Of a DNA stretch of 64,000 bases, positions 9,397 through 18,124 are shown piece by piece. The position numbers and the translations under genes were made by a program. Origin of the DNA: a virus. The stretch covers positions 35,938 through 99,937 of the IMG/VR virus record IMGVR_UViG_3300033559_000303; one strand, 5' to 3'. The notes beneath the pieces are model-generated. The model saw only the letters and a program-made list of their open reading frames with translations. It was not told where the DNA came from and searched no databases. The first letter of the stretch is position 1; every line of letters starts with the position of its first letter.

Positions 9397-9816
9397 ATGT
9401 CAAAACATGATGTATCTATTATTAATCAAATAATAGCTGAAAAACTTGCATTAGATCTTAAGAAGGTAAGTGATAATCTTCATATTATCAATGATCTTGG
9501 AGCTGACTCACTTGATGTTTTTGAAATCATGATGAGCTTAGAGGAGTATTATGATATTGAAATAAGTGATGATGATGCAATTAAATGCAATACTGTTGAG
9601 GATGTAAAGAATGGAATTAATAATATTCTTAACGGCAAATCTGTAGACAGTATTGGGGATCAACAAATATTCAATATCACAATGTGTAGAACATCATATG
9701 CATCCAAAGACATTCAGGTTGTAGCACGAGACATAAACGAGGCTAAAGAAAAAGCTATTACGATAGCTTATAATTATTCATTCAAAGAGTCGTCTGCTAA
9801 TTATTCAGTAGAATGA
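9397..9816 (+). CDS. acpP: acyl carrier protein with C-terminal extension
   Basis: DLGADSLDVFEIMMSLEE phosphopantetheine attachment motif. Confidence 0.85.
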   Translation: MSKHDVSIINQIIAEKLALDLKKVSDNLHIINDLGADSLDVFEIMMSLEEYYDIEISDDDAIKCNTVEDVKNGINNILNGKSVDSIGDQQIFNITMCRTSYASKDIQVVARDINEAKEKAITIAYNYSFKESSANYSVE

Positions 9817-9834
9817 CAAGGGGGTATTCACATT

Positions 9835-10122
9835 ATGTTTGTACTTGACGAAAAGGTAACGATTTGGAATAGAGTGAATATTCCAGATGAGCACAAAGAT
9901 GAAGTTTTATCACTCTTAAGGGATGGATTATCTCAAGATGATATTATTTGCACATTTGTAGAGAAGGGTATCGAGCTTGATCAGGAGTTGTTACTTGACA
10001 CATGCGAGACTATAGATCCAGAAGAAAATGGAAACATGTCTACACTTGAGCTTATGAATAATAACATGCCTAGGGAAATTATTTTTTCAAACGAAATAAA
10101 AAGTGAGGATGAGAATGTTTAA
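9835..10122 (+). CDS. hypothetical acidic protein
   Basis: 95-aa ORF in operon. Confidence 0.65.
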   Translation: MFVLDEKVTIWNRVNIPDEHKDEVLSLLRDGLSQDDIICTFVEKGIELDQELLLDTCETIDPEENGNMSTLELMNNNMPREIIFSNEIKSEDENV

Positions 10123-10594
10123 GTCGCTTATTATTGTTATGATGTTGTCAATCACATCAATTGCAGGATGGACATCAGGGGATTTTGTTGATGAATTCGG
10201 AGATAGGACAGGTGAAAGGTATTATCATACAGCAGTTAAAGGTGTTATGTCAAATACCGCTACAAACGGATCCCCGGCAACTCTTGAGATTTATATTAAA
10301 AACGATGGATCTGTATATATATCCATTGATGAATATGGAAGAAGCCCTGTTGTAGGGTACTCATCAGGCGTTGACTACCATTTTGCTATGAAGGGTAATG
10401 TATCTGGAAAAGAAGAGTTTGTATGGCAATGGTATAATACATCAGCAATCTTCTTCGGACCAAGTTACAGTAATAAATTCAAAGCAATGTTCAAGAGTAA
10501 TAGTTCAGTAACACTTGTTGTAACAAATATGAGGACGCAGACAAGTAAATACAAATTTGTCATTGACTGCACAAATTTTAAAATACCATTCTAA
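10115..10594 (+). CDS. secreted/periplasmic protein
   Basis: signal-peptide-like N-terminus MFKSLIIVMMLSITSIA-G. Confidence 0.65.
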   Translation: MFKSLIIVMMLSITSIAGWTSGDFVDEFGDRTGERYYHTAVKGVMSNTATNGSPATLEIYIKNDGSVYISIDEYGRSPVVGYSSGVDYHFAMKGNVSGKEEFVWQWYNTSAIFFGPSYSNKFKAMFKSNSSVTLVVTNMRTQTSKYKFVIDCTNFKIPF

Positions 10595-10789
10595 GTCTAA
10601 GGTGGATGTTATGTGTAAAACAAGAGTAAGTGTAGACTATGATGAGACAAATAAAGAGTGGAACATCTTCACAGAAAGTGGTGCATGGTTTTTTCCCCAG
10701 GACACTGATGGGTTTAAAACAAAGAAAGAAGCACTGCGATGTGTTGAAAATAATCCACACCTATTCATTTTAATTAAAGGAAAAAAATA

Positions 10790-11428
10790 ATGGCATCTTA
10801 TTCAATCCACGAAACAGCTGAAATAAATCTGGTTGTCAATATTAGCGACAACCCTCTTGACATTGGCACTGTAAATCTTGAGTACCACGATGATGATGGA
10901 ATGGATGTTCACGTTTTCGATGTATCGTTTAATCTCGATAATGTGGTTGACCTTGATCATGTACTAGAGGTAAATAAAATTGACAGAGATGAGTTTCACG
11001 ACTATATCTGTGATAAGATGGAAGAGAGATTTGGCAGAGGCCTCAGGGGTCATATTGGTGATAACACACCACTTACAATAGAGTACAATACACCAAAATG
11101 GCTTGCAAAAGAAGTTCTTCAGAATCTTCCGGAATATGCAATGTCTTTCATATGTCACAAATGGGATTATGAGAACTGCATATTCGAACTCAGCGTCAGA
11201 GATTGGGAAGATAAAGAGGAAAGGGATACAATCCACACTCTTACCCTGGAAAAAGCTGAGGAGGGCATGAAGAAGCTGCTTGATATGATCAAGAATAAGA
11301 AATGCTTCTTCTATGGTATAAACATGCCAGGTGACAATGGAGATATTTTTGACCCGGGTAACTGGGATGCAGAAATTGTCGATGCTCTTTTGCAGATATC
11401 AATATTCGGCAAGATAATATACGGATAA
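10790..11428 (+). CDS. hypothetical protein
   Basis: 212 aa, AAGG RBS. Confidence 0.7.
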   Translation: MASYSIHETAEINLVVNISDNPLDIGTVNLEYHDDDGMDVHVFDVSFNLDNVVDLDHVLEVNKIDRDEFHDYICDKMEERFGRGLRGHIGDNTPLTIEYNTPKWLAKEVLQNLPEYAMSFICHKWDYENCIFELSVRDWEDKEERDTIHTLTLEKAEEGMKKLLDMIKNKKCFFYGINMPGDNGDIFDPGNWDAEIVDALLQISIFGKIIYG

Positions 11429-11507
11429 CCTGTTAAAAGCTGGTTTTAGAAATAAATCTACGCCGGCTTTTTATTTAAAACAAGGTATTTGATTTGCCAT
11501 TGGAATA

Positions 11508-11903
11508 TTGTATATTTGTAATATGAATACTCGAAGAAAAAATAAAAAGCAAAATGCGATAAACGCTATCAAACATAACGCACCACATGTAGCTTTTGGT
11601 ATTGGTGCCGGGGCTGGAGGGCTTGCTGTACTTAAGTCTAAAAACCTTAAGAACCCGGTTCTATCTGCGCTTATACCAATAACAGCCGGATCAGCAGCGT
11701 TTCTCGGATCAAGAAAACTTATGGGTGAGAAGCTCAACCGGGAAGAAAAAGCCCTCCTTGGAACGTTGGCAGCTGGGGCTGGGGCTGTAAGTGTGCATGA
11801 TAAGGTGTTCCAGAACAAGCCATTCAATCCGTTAAGAAGAAACATCACAGGATCTATTGGCGGTTTGACAGGAGCTGCGCTTGCCGCAGCATTGCTTAAC
11901 TAA
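11508..11903 (+). CDS. Gly/Ala-rich basic protein, possibly membrane-active
   Basis: GxxxG-type hydrophobic segments like those in the late-region small proteins. Confidence 0.6.
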   Translation: MYICNMNTRRKNKKQNAINAIKHNAPHVAFGIGAGAGGLAVLKSKNLKNPVLSALIPITAGSAAFLGSRKLMGEKLNREEKALLGTLAAGAGAVSVHDKVFQNKPFNPLRRNITGSIGGLTGAALAAALLN

Positions 11904-11910
11904 AAAAACA

Positions 11911-12041
11911 AACAACACATGCTGGCATCTGCAGTCTACAGTAAGCCTACCCTGGGAACAGGGCGCGTCATCTGTACCGGAATGATTAAGGTGCTGTAGG
12001 ATTATCCCGGCGTATAACGGTGCGCCAGCCTCTGTGTTGTT
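11911..12041. ncRNA. candidate structured RNA
   Basis: nested stems AACAACACA/TGTGTTGTT, GCTGGC/GCCAGC, CTACAG/CTGTAG, CCCTG-GGAA-CAGGG. Confidence 0.45.
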
Positions 12042-12269
12042 CTTATTATTGAAAGGTTATGGTATGAAGATTATGATGAAAGATTTAGTGTTTGCTGTGT
12101 ATGGCTCTATAAATATGGCCTTAGGAGTTGTATTTGTAGTATTTCAATCTGGCAATGCAGTTGTCTTCTCAACTCACACATTTACACTTATAACACCTAT
12201 TGCAACATGTATACTTCTTGAAAGGTTTAATAAAAAATTCAACAACTGGATAAATTCATCACTGTAAAG

Positions 12270-12719
12270 GTGGATAATATGTATGATTTCAAAGCTGAGG
12301 TTGTCCGTGTAATAGACGCTGACACTATTATTGTAAACATAGAACTTGGATTCAGCGTGGCTATACTCCAGACAGTTAGGTTAGCTGGTATAAATGCTTA
12401 CGAAACCTCACTCCGGGATGGTACAACAAAAGAGCAGAAGGTGCTTGGAATAGAGGCTAAGGATTTTATTACCAAAGCTATAACCGGTAAGAATATCTAT
12501 ATAGTGACATTCAAGGAAAAAGGTAAGTACGGAAGATACATTGGAGAAGTGTACTGCGACAAAAACCTCATACTCAGTACTTATAATAAAAATCGCGGAT
12601 CACTCAATAATATTGATCTTTATAATGAAGATTTAACAAAAAATAATGAATCCGGATTATTTATTAATGTTGGCGAAGCACTCGTGAAGCTTGGATACGC
12701 TGAATACCACGATTATTAA
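12270..12719 (+). CDS. SNase/thermonuclease-family nuclease
   Basis: VVRVIDADTI, VRLAGINAYE, GKYGRYIG, LVKLGYA. Confidence 0.85.
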   Translation: MDNMYDFKAEVVRVIDADTIIVNIELGFSVAILQTVRLAGINAYETSLRDGTTKEQKVLGIEAKDFITKAITGKNIYIVTFKEKGKYGRYIGEVYCDKNLILSTYNKNRGSLNNIDLYNEDLTKNNESGLFINVGEALVKLGYAEYHDY

Positions 12720-12720
12720 G

Positions 12721-12758
12721 TGTTATTTTACTCAATCTTCTGGAATAATTATAATGTA
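12721..12758 (+). promoter_or_regulatory. promoter, AATAAT subtype
   Basis: TGTTA-N15-TGGAATAATTATAATG. Confidence 0.7.
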
Positions 12759-13042
12759 GATGTATTACCTATACACAACTGTAATTATTATACACATAAT
12801 ATTTTTTAGCCACAATGTTTTAGAATATGAAAGGTAGTGATTTATGCCGGATCAGGATAATAACGGTAATGAGGAAATGCTTAATACCATCAGAGTATTG
12901 AAAATAGCACTGGCAGATGCAATACGGAGACCAATGGGTGTTATACCCGAATCAGCTGAGGGACTTGTTACACATTATGAATTAGAGCAGGCTGAAGTAA
13001 GAAGAATTAGCAAGAATGTACCTATAAGATAAGGAGTAGACT

Positions 13043-13459
13043 ATGGAAAGAGCATTAATGATTATAAAGCCAGATGGTAGTGATTATGGGCAACAGTTCA
13101 CATTTGATCTTGCATCCAGGCTTCTAAATATTGGTATTATTAATAACAGATTACTCACTATGCGTTTGACAACAGAACAAGCTGAAGAGTTCTATAAAGA
13201 ACATGAAGGTAAATGGTTTCACCAGCGTTTGATTGAGCATATGACAAGTGGATTAATACATGTGTCAATTCTTGAAGGTGAAGGTGTTATTCAGAAGTGG
13301 CGAGATCTTATGGGGCCAACAGATCCAAAGGTGGCGCCGAAGGGTACAATTCGTGGCGATTACGGAACAGAACTACCAAAGAATGTTGTCCATGGATCCG
13401 ACAGCGTTGAGAGTGCGGAACGTGAAATAAGATTCTTTTTCGGATCGGGGATTATTTAA
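13043..13459 (+). CDS. ndk: nucleoside diphosphate kinase
   Basis: IIKPDG, FYKEHEGK, GTIRGDYG, NVVHGSDS catalytic His motif. Confidence 0.95.
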   Translation: MERALMIIKPDGSDYGQQFTFDLASRLLNIGIINNRLLTMRLTTEQAEEFYKEHEGKWFHQRLIEHMTSGLIHVSILEGEGVIQKWRDLMGPTDPKVAPKGTIRGDYGTELPKNVVHGSDSVESAEREIRFFFGSGII

Positions 13460-13474
13460 TAATAGGGGATCAAA

Positions 13475-13783
13475 ATGTCTATTAAACACAAACCTGTGAA
13501 TAGTGAATCTGTATTGAGGAATATAATTCATAGGTTCAATTATGTCGGTGATGATGCTAATACATCTGATCTTATCGGGGAACTCCCGGTAAAGACAATT
13601 GACTATATTGAATTAGAATGTGGAAATTGCAAACATATATTCAGGATCAAAAAAATTAACTCAAAGTGTCCAAAGTGTAAATGTAAGCACTCAGAAATAG
13701 CGGGTAAAGTTCGCTATATTAAACTTATAAACAATCCAATTGACTCAACATTATCGATGGAGTATTATAATGAAGGCGTCTGA
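13475..13783 (+). CDS. zinc-ribbon protein
   Basis: CGNC...CPKC. Confidence 0.6.
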   Translation: MSIKHKPVNSESVLRNIIHRFNYVGDDANTSDLIGELPVKTIDYIELECGNCKHIFRIKKINSKCPKCKCKHSEIAGKVRYIKLINNPIDSTLSMEYYNEGV

Positions 13784-14036
13784 AATGATAGAGCATATCA
13801 AGAAATACTATCTTGAAGATGATCAGGAGATAGCAGTATTACTTTGGACACACGGTGACATAAGAAGACAGGCTGAATGCGATGGGATACAGCATGATTT
13901 TTCAAATGAGGAGTGTGACCATATACTAAAAGCTATGGAGCGCTGCGCTGATTCAAACCTTGGTATGAGCTGGGACACAGTATCAGCTCATATTGCCACA
14001 TATTGCGCCGAGAATAATATTGTTATTTCAAAGTAG
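13740..14036 (+). CDS. hypothetical protein (start probably ATG 13770)
   Basis: ORF overlapping the upstream gene, GGAG RBS before the internal ATG. Confidence 0.6.
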   Translation: MTQHYRWSIIMKASEMIEHIKKYYLEDDQEIAVLLWTHGDIRRQAECDGIQHDFSNEECDHILKAMERCADSNLGMSWDTVSAHIATYCAENNIVISK

Positions 14037-14058
14037 TATTTGGAATAATTATATTGAA
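14020..14058 (+). promoter_or_regulatory. promoter directly upstream of the ncRNA array, AATAAT subtype
   Basis: TTGTTA-N15-TGGAATAATTATATTG, 30 nt before unit 1. Confidence 0.75.
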
Positions 14059-14087
14059 GGCACATTCATCCAATAAATAAAATTGAA

Positions 14088-14280
14088 ATGCCATAACATA
14101 CATTTGATTGAAGGCTCTTCAATCAGTACCATTAGTGATAATATGAATCAGGTATGACCTCCCAACCTCCTGACACAACTTAACACAACCCATCGGGCTA
14201 AACCCTCAAGGCTTGTGTCAAATTTGTGTCAGACGGTGGGGGTCCGACCTGATCACATCTACAGACAAGTAATATGGTAT
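14088..14280 (+). ncRNA. retron-like ncRNA unit 1
   Basis: ATGCCATA...TATGGTAT (G-U); TGATTGAAG-GCT-CTTCAATCA; long hairpin ATCAGGT...ACCTGAT. Confidence 0.75.
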
Positions 14281-14289
14281 TATTAAGAA

Positions 14290-14435
14290 ACACTATAACA
14301 CGAATATAACAGGTGTATCACCTGTTAGTAAATCTAAGTAAACAGTAATCTTCCCTAGGAGATCTCCTGCTGCTGGTATTCATCCAGCAGCAGCGATCTC
14401 CATAGCAATATTCTTATACAATATTAATATAGTGT
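14290..14435 (+). ncRNA. retron-like ncRNA unit 2
   Basis: ACACTATA...TATAGTGT; TAACAGGTG-TAT-CACCTGTTA; GGAGATC..CTGCTGCTGG/CCAGCAGCAG..GATCTCC. Confidence 0.75.
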
Positions 14436-14452
14436 GAAATAAAATTGAAATA

Positions 14453-14623
14453 GATCATAACATCATGTAACTATACTGATTCAGTATAGTAATTAGGAAA
14501 TGTAAAGTATGCCATATCTTAGTCCTGACGGCTCAGAAGACTAGGATTCATCGTCTAGTCGTTCTCCCAGTCTTCTGAAGCCTCTGGACTAAAATATGCA
14601 TATCAATACAAATTAATATGATC
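14453..14623 (+). ncRNA. retron-like ncRNA unit 3
   Basis: GATCATA...TATGATC; ACTATACTG-ATT-CAGTATAGT; TTAGTCC..TCAGAAGACT/AGTCTTCTGA..GGACTAA. Confidence 0.75.
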
Positions 14624-14636
14624 AAGTTATTTAAAA

Positions 14637-14872
14637 TTGCCATAACATTTTTTTTCAGCGATTTGATTCATATCGCTTATTAGAGAGAGTAAAGCGCTCT
14701 TCTGCATAACCCCTGAAGTTGTCCCAGGCACGACGCAGACTTTCGATTTACAAAAAGCGCACAGGTGTTATTCTAACACCTTATTGTGCTGTAATCGCAA
14801 GACAGCGTCGATGCCACTGGGACCACTTCAGGGCTATCGCAGAAGATCTTCCGATTCAAAATTATATGGTAA
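14637..14872 (+). ncRNA. retron-like ncRNA unit 4
   Basis: TTGCCATA...TATGGTAA; AGCGATTTG-ATT-CATATCGCT; ~150-nt hairpin TCTTCTGC...GCAGAAGA. Confidence 0.75.
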
Positions 14873-14887
14873 AAACAATGCATTAAA

Positions 14888-15070
14888 GACTATAACACAT
14901 TAATATAAGAAAGTTTCTTTCTTATGTAAAACTACACTCCGTGAGTTTCACGCAGCCTCCGCCTCCTGGCGTACCCGAGATACCTACGTCTTCGACTTCG
15001 TCTCGACTACGTTCTCGCGTACCGCCAGGAGCTACCTCTGCGCTCACCTCTTATACAAATTAATATAGTC
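14888..15070 (+). ncRNA. retron-like ncRNA unit 5
   Basis: GACTATA...TATAGTC; ATAAGAAAG-TTT-CTTTCTTAT; CTCCTGGC...GCCAGGAG. Confidence 0.75.
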
Positions 15071-15086
15071 AAACAATAATATTTAA

Positions 15087-15286
15087 GTCATAACAATGTA
15101 TACAGTGTAGATTCTATACTGTTGAAACCGTAAAGACGGCACATATGCCCGCTCCTGGCCATATGATCCAGAAATCCGTCTCCGCCACCCCGGCTGCTCA
15201 CCCGTGAGGTGCTCAGCCCGGGCGCTACGCCTTCTTTCTGGATCCTTCGCCATCGCTCCATATATTCCAATCAAAATTAATATGAC
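15087..15286 (+). ncRNA. retron-like ncRNA unit 6
   Basis: GTCATA...TATGAC; ACAGTGTAG-ATT-CTATACTGT; GATCCAGAAA...TTTCTGGATC. Confidence 0.75.
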
Positions 15287-15292
15287 AAAAAA

Positions 15293-15407
15293 TGTAATAA
15301 CAAACACTATGGTGATTCACCATGGTTACTTAAAACACTAAGGAAACACACCGTTTGTTCTCAGGAGAAAAACTGCGTGTCTACTAATCCAGGTAAATAC
15401 ATTTACT
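15293..15407 (+). ncRNA. degenerate terminal unit 7
   Basis: ATAACA motif and TATGGTG-ATT-CACCATG retained; long hairpin weak and 3' IR poor. Confidence 0.45.
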
Positions 15408-15441
15408 AAAGAGCCCAACTTAAATGTTGTGCTCTTTTTTT
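15408..15441 (+). terminator. intrinsic terminator closing the array
   Basis: AAAGAGCCCAAC-TTAAAT-GTTGTGCTCTTT plus T run. Confidence 0.75.
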
Positions 15442-15482
15442 TAGTTATGGCAACATAAATAACTTTAATATATTTTACTTAT

Positions 15483-16448
15483 ATGGAAAAAGATACTACA
15501 TATTACCACACAACAAGCAAGGATAGTATTGATAAAATATTATCCTCAGGCTTTATTAAGTCTCCAAAGCACATACTACGGGAGGCACCAGAATTAACAA
15601 TAAATATAGAGCCATCAAAACTGTCTAAATCCAGATCATCATACTCGCCATCCGATGCAATAATTGAGCTGATCAGGAATAAGAAGGAATACGATCGAGT
15701 CTTCCTTACAAAGGGTGGATACGACCCATCCTATGGTGACTATGTAATACAAAAGAAGATCACATCTCCCAAGAGATACTTCAGACCAACATTCATTCCG
15801 AATGAACACACTATAAAGAGAAAACTCTCTGTAAAGAGTAATGCTGCAATTATAATTCCGGATAATGACCTGGAAGAAATGAAGAGTAAACATCCAGGTA
15901 TAAACTTCATTCCGGCATCCACAGCTAATGTGAAGAAGTTTAATATTATAGACAAGATTGTATCTGTTCCAAAAGATCTTCTGAAAGCTGCATCAGATAT
16001 AGCTGCGGTACCAAAGCCGCATCATATAAGCCCAAAAGCTTTTTATGCCGGATCGCATGCATTGGGTATAAACACTAAAGATTCAGATATTGATATCTTT
16101 GTCCCATATAAAACAAAACCAGCTTTTGATAAAGCTATCAATCGTGTCCTTGAGAAATATCCATCACTTACAATTGGAAGCGCCAGTGCTGATAAGCCGG
16201 ATAAACGTGTGTTAACCGGTATATTTAACGGTAAGGATGTTGATATTGCTATTGCACATGGTAAGAATGCAATAAAATTTCAAGAAGTATTTATGAATGC
16301 TAAAAAATCTTTATCAGATCAGCAGAAGATTGATATTATAAAAAAGAAGCAGGCGCTCAAAGAATCATGGTTCTTTCCTGAACTAAGATATAAAGCTTAC
16401 AAGAATAGAGTTGCTGAGAGACTAGGCTTGAAAGAAGCTTACTTCTAA
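15483..16448 (+). CDS. two-domain protein: ART-fold-like N-terminus plus Pol-beta-type nucleotidyltransferase
   Basis: YYHTTS..ILSSGFIK..VFLT; C-terminal AGSHALG..DSDIDIFV..VDIA (GS, DxD, D). Confidence 0.65.
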   Translation: MEKDTTYYHTTSKDSIDKILSSGFIKSPKHILREAPELTINIEPSKLSKSRSSYSPSDAIIELIRNKKEYDRVFLTKGGYDPSYGDYVIQKKITSPKRYFRPTFIPNEHTIKRKLSVKSNAAIIIPDNDLEEMKSKHPGINFIPASTANVKKFNIIDKIVSVPKDLLKAASDIAAVPKPHHISPKAFYAGSHALGINTKDSDIDIFVPYKTKPAFDKAINRVLEKYPSLTIGSASADKPDKRVLTGIFNGKDVDIAIAHGKNAIKFQEVFMNAKKSLSDQQKIDIIKKKQALKESWFFPELRYKAYKNRVAERLGLKEAYF

Positions 16449-16481
16449 TAGGCTACATTTTACCACTTGCACATTTCCTCA

Positions 16482-16519
16482 GGTTATTAATTCGATATTT
16501 ATGGTATAATAGTATTGAT
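16482..16519 (+). promoter_or_regulatory. early-type promoter
   Basis: GGTTA-N15-TGGTATAATAGTATTG, followed by AAGGAGG and a short ORF at ~16552. Confidence 0.7.
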
Positions 16520-16792
16520 GGTGTATACCAATACTTTTTAAGGAGGATATCATGAAGTACACTTTTAAACAGGCCAGGGATGTTATATCCTTAAAACATG
16601 ATGTCTATTACAAGAACCTTGAAGGGTTCTTTGTAGATGAAAAAGCCTCTAATGAATGCGTCTGGGAGACGCTGAATCCGTTTGCCATAAAATTTATGGA
16701 GGAAGGACTTGAAAAATTATCCAAACAGTAAAATAAAGCCTGCTAAAACATTTGTCTTAGCAGGCCTTATTATCCCGGTATATTTTTTTTAG

Positions 16793-17095
16793 TTATTTCT
16801 TACTTACAATGGATGGTCTAAGATCTGGGGGCCGCTTGATTGGCGAGGGCTTACGAGCAGATAAACTTCTGGCTATATCCAATCTATCAAACTCACGGGT
16901 TAAATTTTTAGCCCTTGCTGATGCGTCAGAAAACACACTACCAGCTTCAACCCTCTTTCGAAATAATTTTAATGGATCAGATAAAAGCCCGGTTACAGGT
17001 GAATTCATTTTATTTAAAAAACGAACCTTCCCCATTAATGCTACTTTCTCCAACTCATTATTATAAGCCTCTTCATAAATTTTATCGTAATTCAT
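16793..17095 (-). CDS. small basic protein with EKxA leader (putative internal virion protein)
   Basis: MNYDKIYEEAYNNELEKVA leader shared with two neighbours. Confidence 0.75.
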   Translation of the reverse strand: MNYDKIYEEAYNNELEKVALMGKVRFLNKMNSPVTGLLSDPLKLFRKRVEAGSVFSDASARAKNLTREFDRLDIARSLSARKPSPIKRPPDLRPSIVSKK

Positions 17096-17145
17096 TTTCC
17101 ACTCCTTGTAAAGAATATATCATAAAATACATCTTTTTTTAGCTA

Positions 17146-17667
17146 TTACAAATCAAAACTTTCAAATTCAATAATTTCATCCCGCATTCCATTAGTATCA
17201 ACACACTCATCATCCGGTATTCCAGACTGGTCAACTGACAGGTATTCTTCACTCTCGCCTTTACCGGTAATTCTGAAAACAACCTTGAATCCACCAAGGT
17301 TCTTCCTATGTTCTCCGATCAGTATTATACGCGGGCACACCTGCCACTTATCATCCTCCAGGAATCCATAATCGACAAGGGTATCCATTATCGACTCAGC
17401 CTTATTTGTAAGATCAGCCTGGTGCTGGTCAGGAAAGTAAATGGTAAGCTCCAACTCCTTAACAGCCTTTAATCCATGCTTTGGTATACCCATATCCTCA
17501 AACTGCCTCAAAGTGGCAGCATTCCACTCATAATAAGCCCGGGATGATCGGGGAACACCAACACGCTTACCGTTAATACGTTTGAACTTAACACTCTTCT
17601 GGTTCTTTTTACTGGGAACTCTACCATTGAGGGATAGTGTTATTGTGTACATGCTTTGCCCTTTCAT
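17146..17667 (-). CDS. rusA: RusA-like Holliday junction resolvase
   Basis: PSKKN and DLTNKAESIMDTL..GFLEDDKWQV motifs. Confidence 0.8.
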   Translation of the reverse strand: MKGQSMYTITLSLNGRVPSKKNQKSVKFKRINGKRVGVPRSSRAYYEWNAATLRQFEDMGIPKHGLKAVKELELTIYFPDQHQADLTNKAESIMDTLVDYGFLEDDKWQVCPRIILIGEHRKNLGGFKVVFRITGKGESEEYLSVDQSGIPDDECVDTNGMRDEIIEFESFDL

Positions 17668-17748
17668 GTTTCCTACAATATAATAAAAGGCAGTGATTTC
17701 TCACCGCCTTTTATTCAAATACTAATTTATTGAAAATTAGTATTTCAT

Positions 17749-18063
17749 TTAACTCTTCAATGCTGAGACAGCTCCACCAGCTCCAGCTCCGAGTATTCCA
17801 CCGCCAATAGCGCCAGCTGTACCACCTATTGCTCCAGCCTGCAATACACTTGCAAGTAACCTTGCCATACTTATTTTACCACTGGCATTTGCACCACTAA
17901 TAAGGCCAGCCCGGCCGCTACTAATAATATTTGCAATAGCGCCAGTTGCACCACCTAATGACGCTCCACCAGCCAGACCTTTACCAATGTAGTTATTTTT
18001 TTCTTCAGCAATCTTCTCAACTTCATCGTTGAAAGCCTCTTCATAAATTTTATCGTAATCCAT
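17749..18063 (-). CDS. glycine-zipper protein with EKxA leader
   Basis: MDYDKIYEEAFNDEVEKIA followed by GxxxG repeats. Confidence 0.75.
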   Translation of the reverse strand: MDYDKIYEEAFNDEVEKIAEEKNNYIGKGLAGGASLGGATGAIANIISSGRAGLISGANASGKISMARLLASVLQAGAIGGTAGAIGGGILGAGAGGAVSALKS

Positions 18064-18124
18064 TTTCTACCCCTTGTAAAACATTATAATATAAAATACT
18101 TTTTTAGTTATCACACAATCATTT

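Noticed and set aside
15083-15307. Minus-strand 60-74-aa ORFs over unit 6 (and the 8542-8733 ORF over unit A)
   Set aside because: They lack an RBS, are antisense to the promoter-terminator unit, and have no counterpart in the other units.
14088-15407. CRISPR array or tRNA cluster
   Set aside because: There are no identical direct repeats, units are 145-235 nt with conserved structure rather than sequence, there are no cloverleaf or T-loop motifs, and no cas genes are present.
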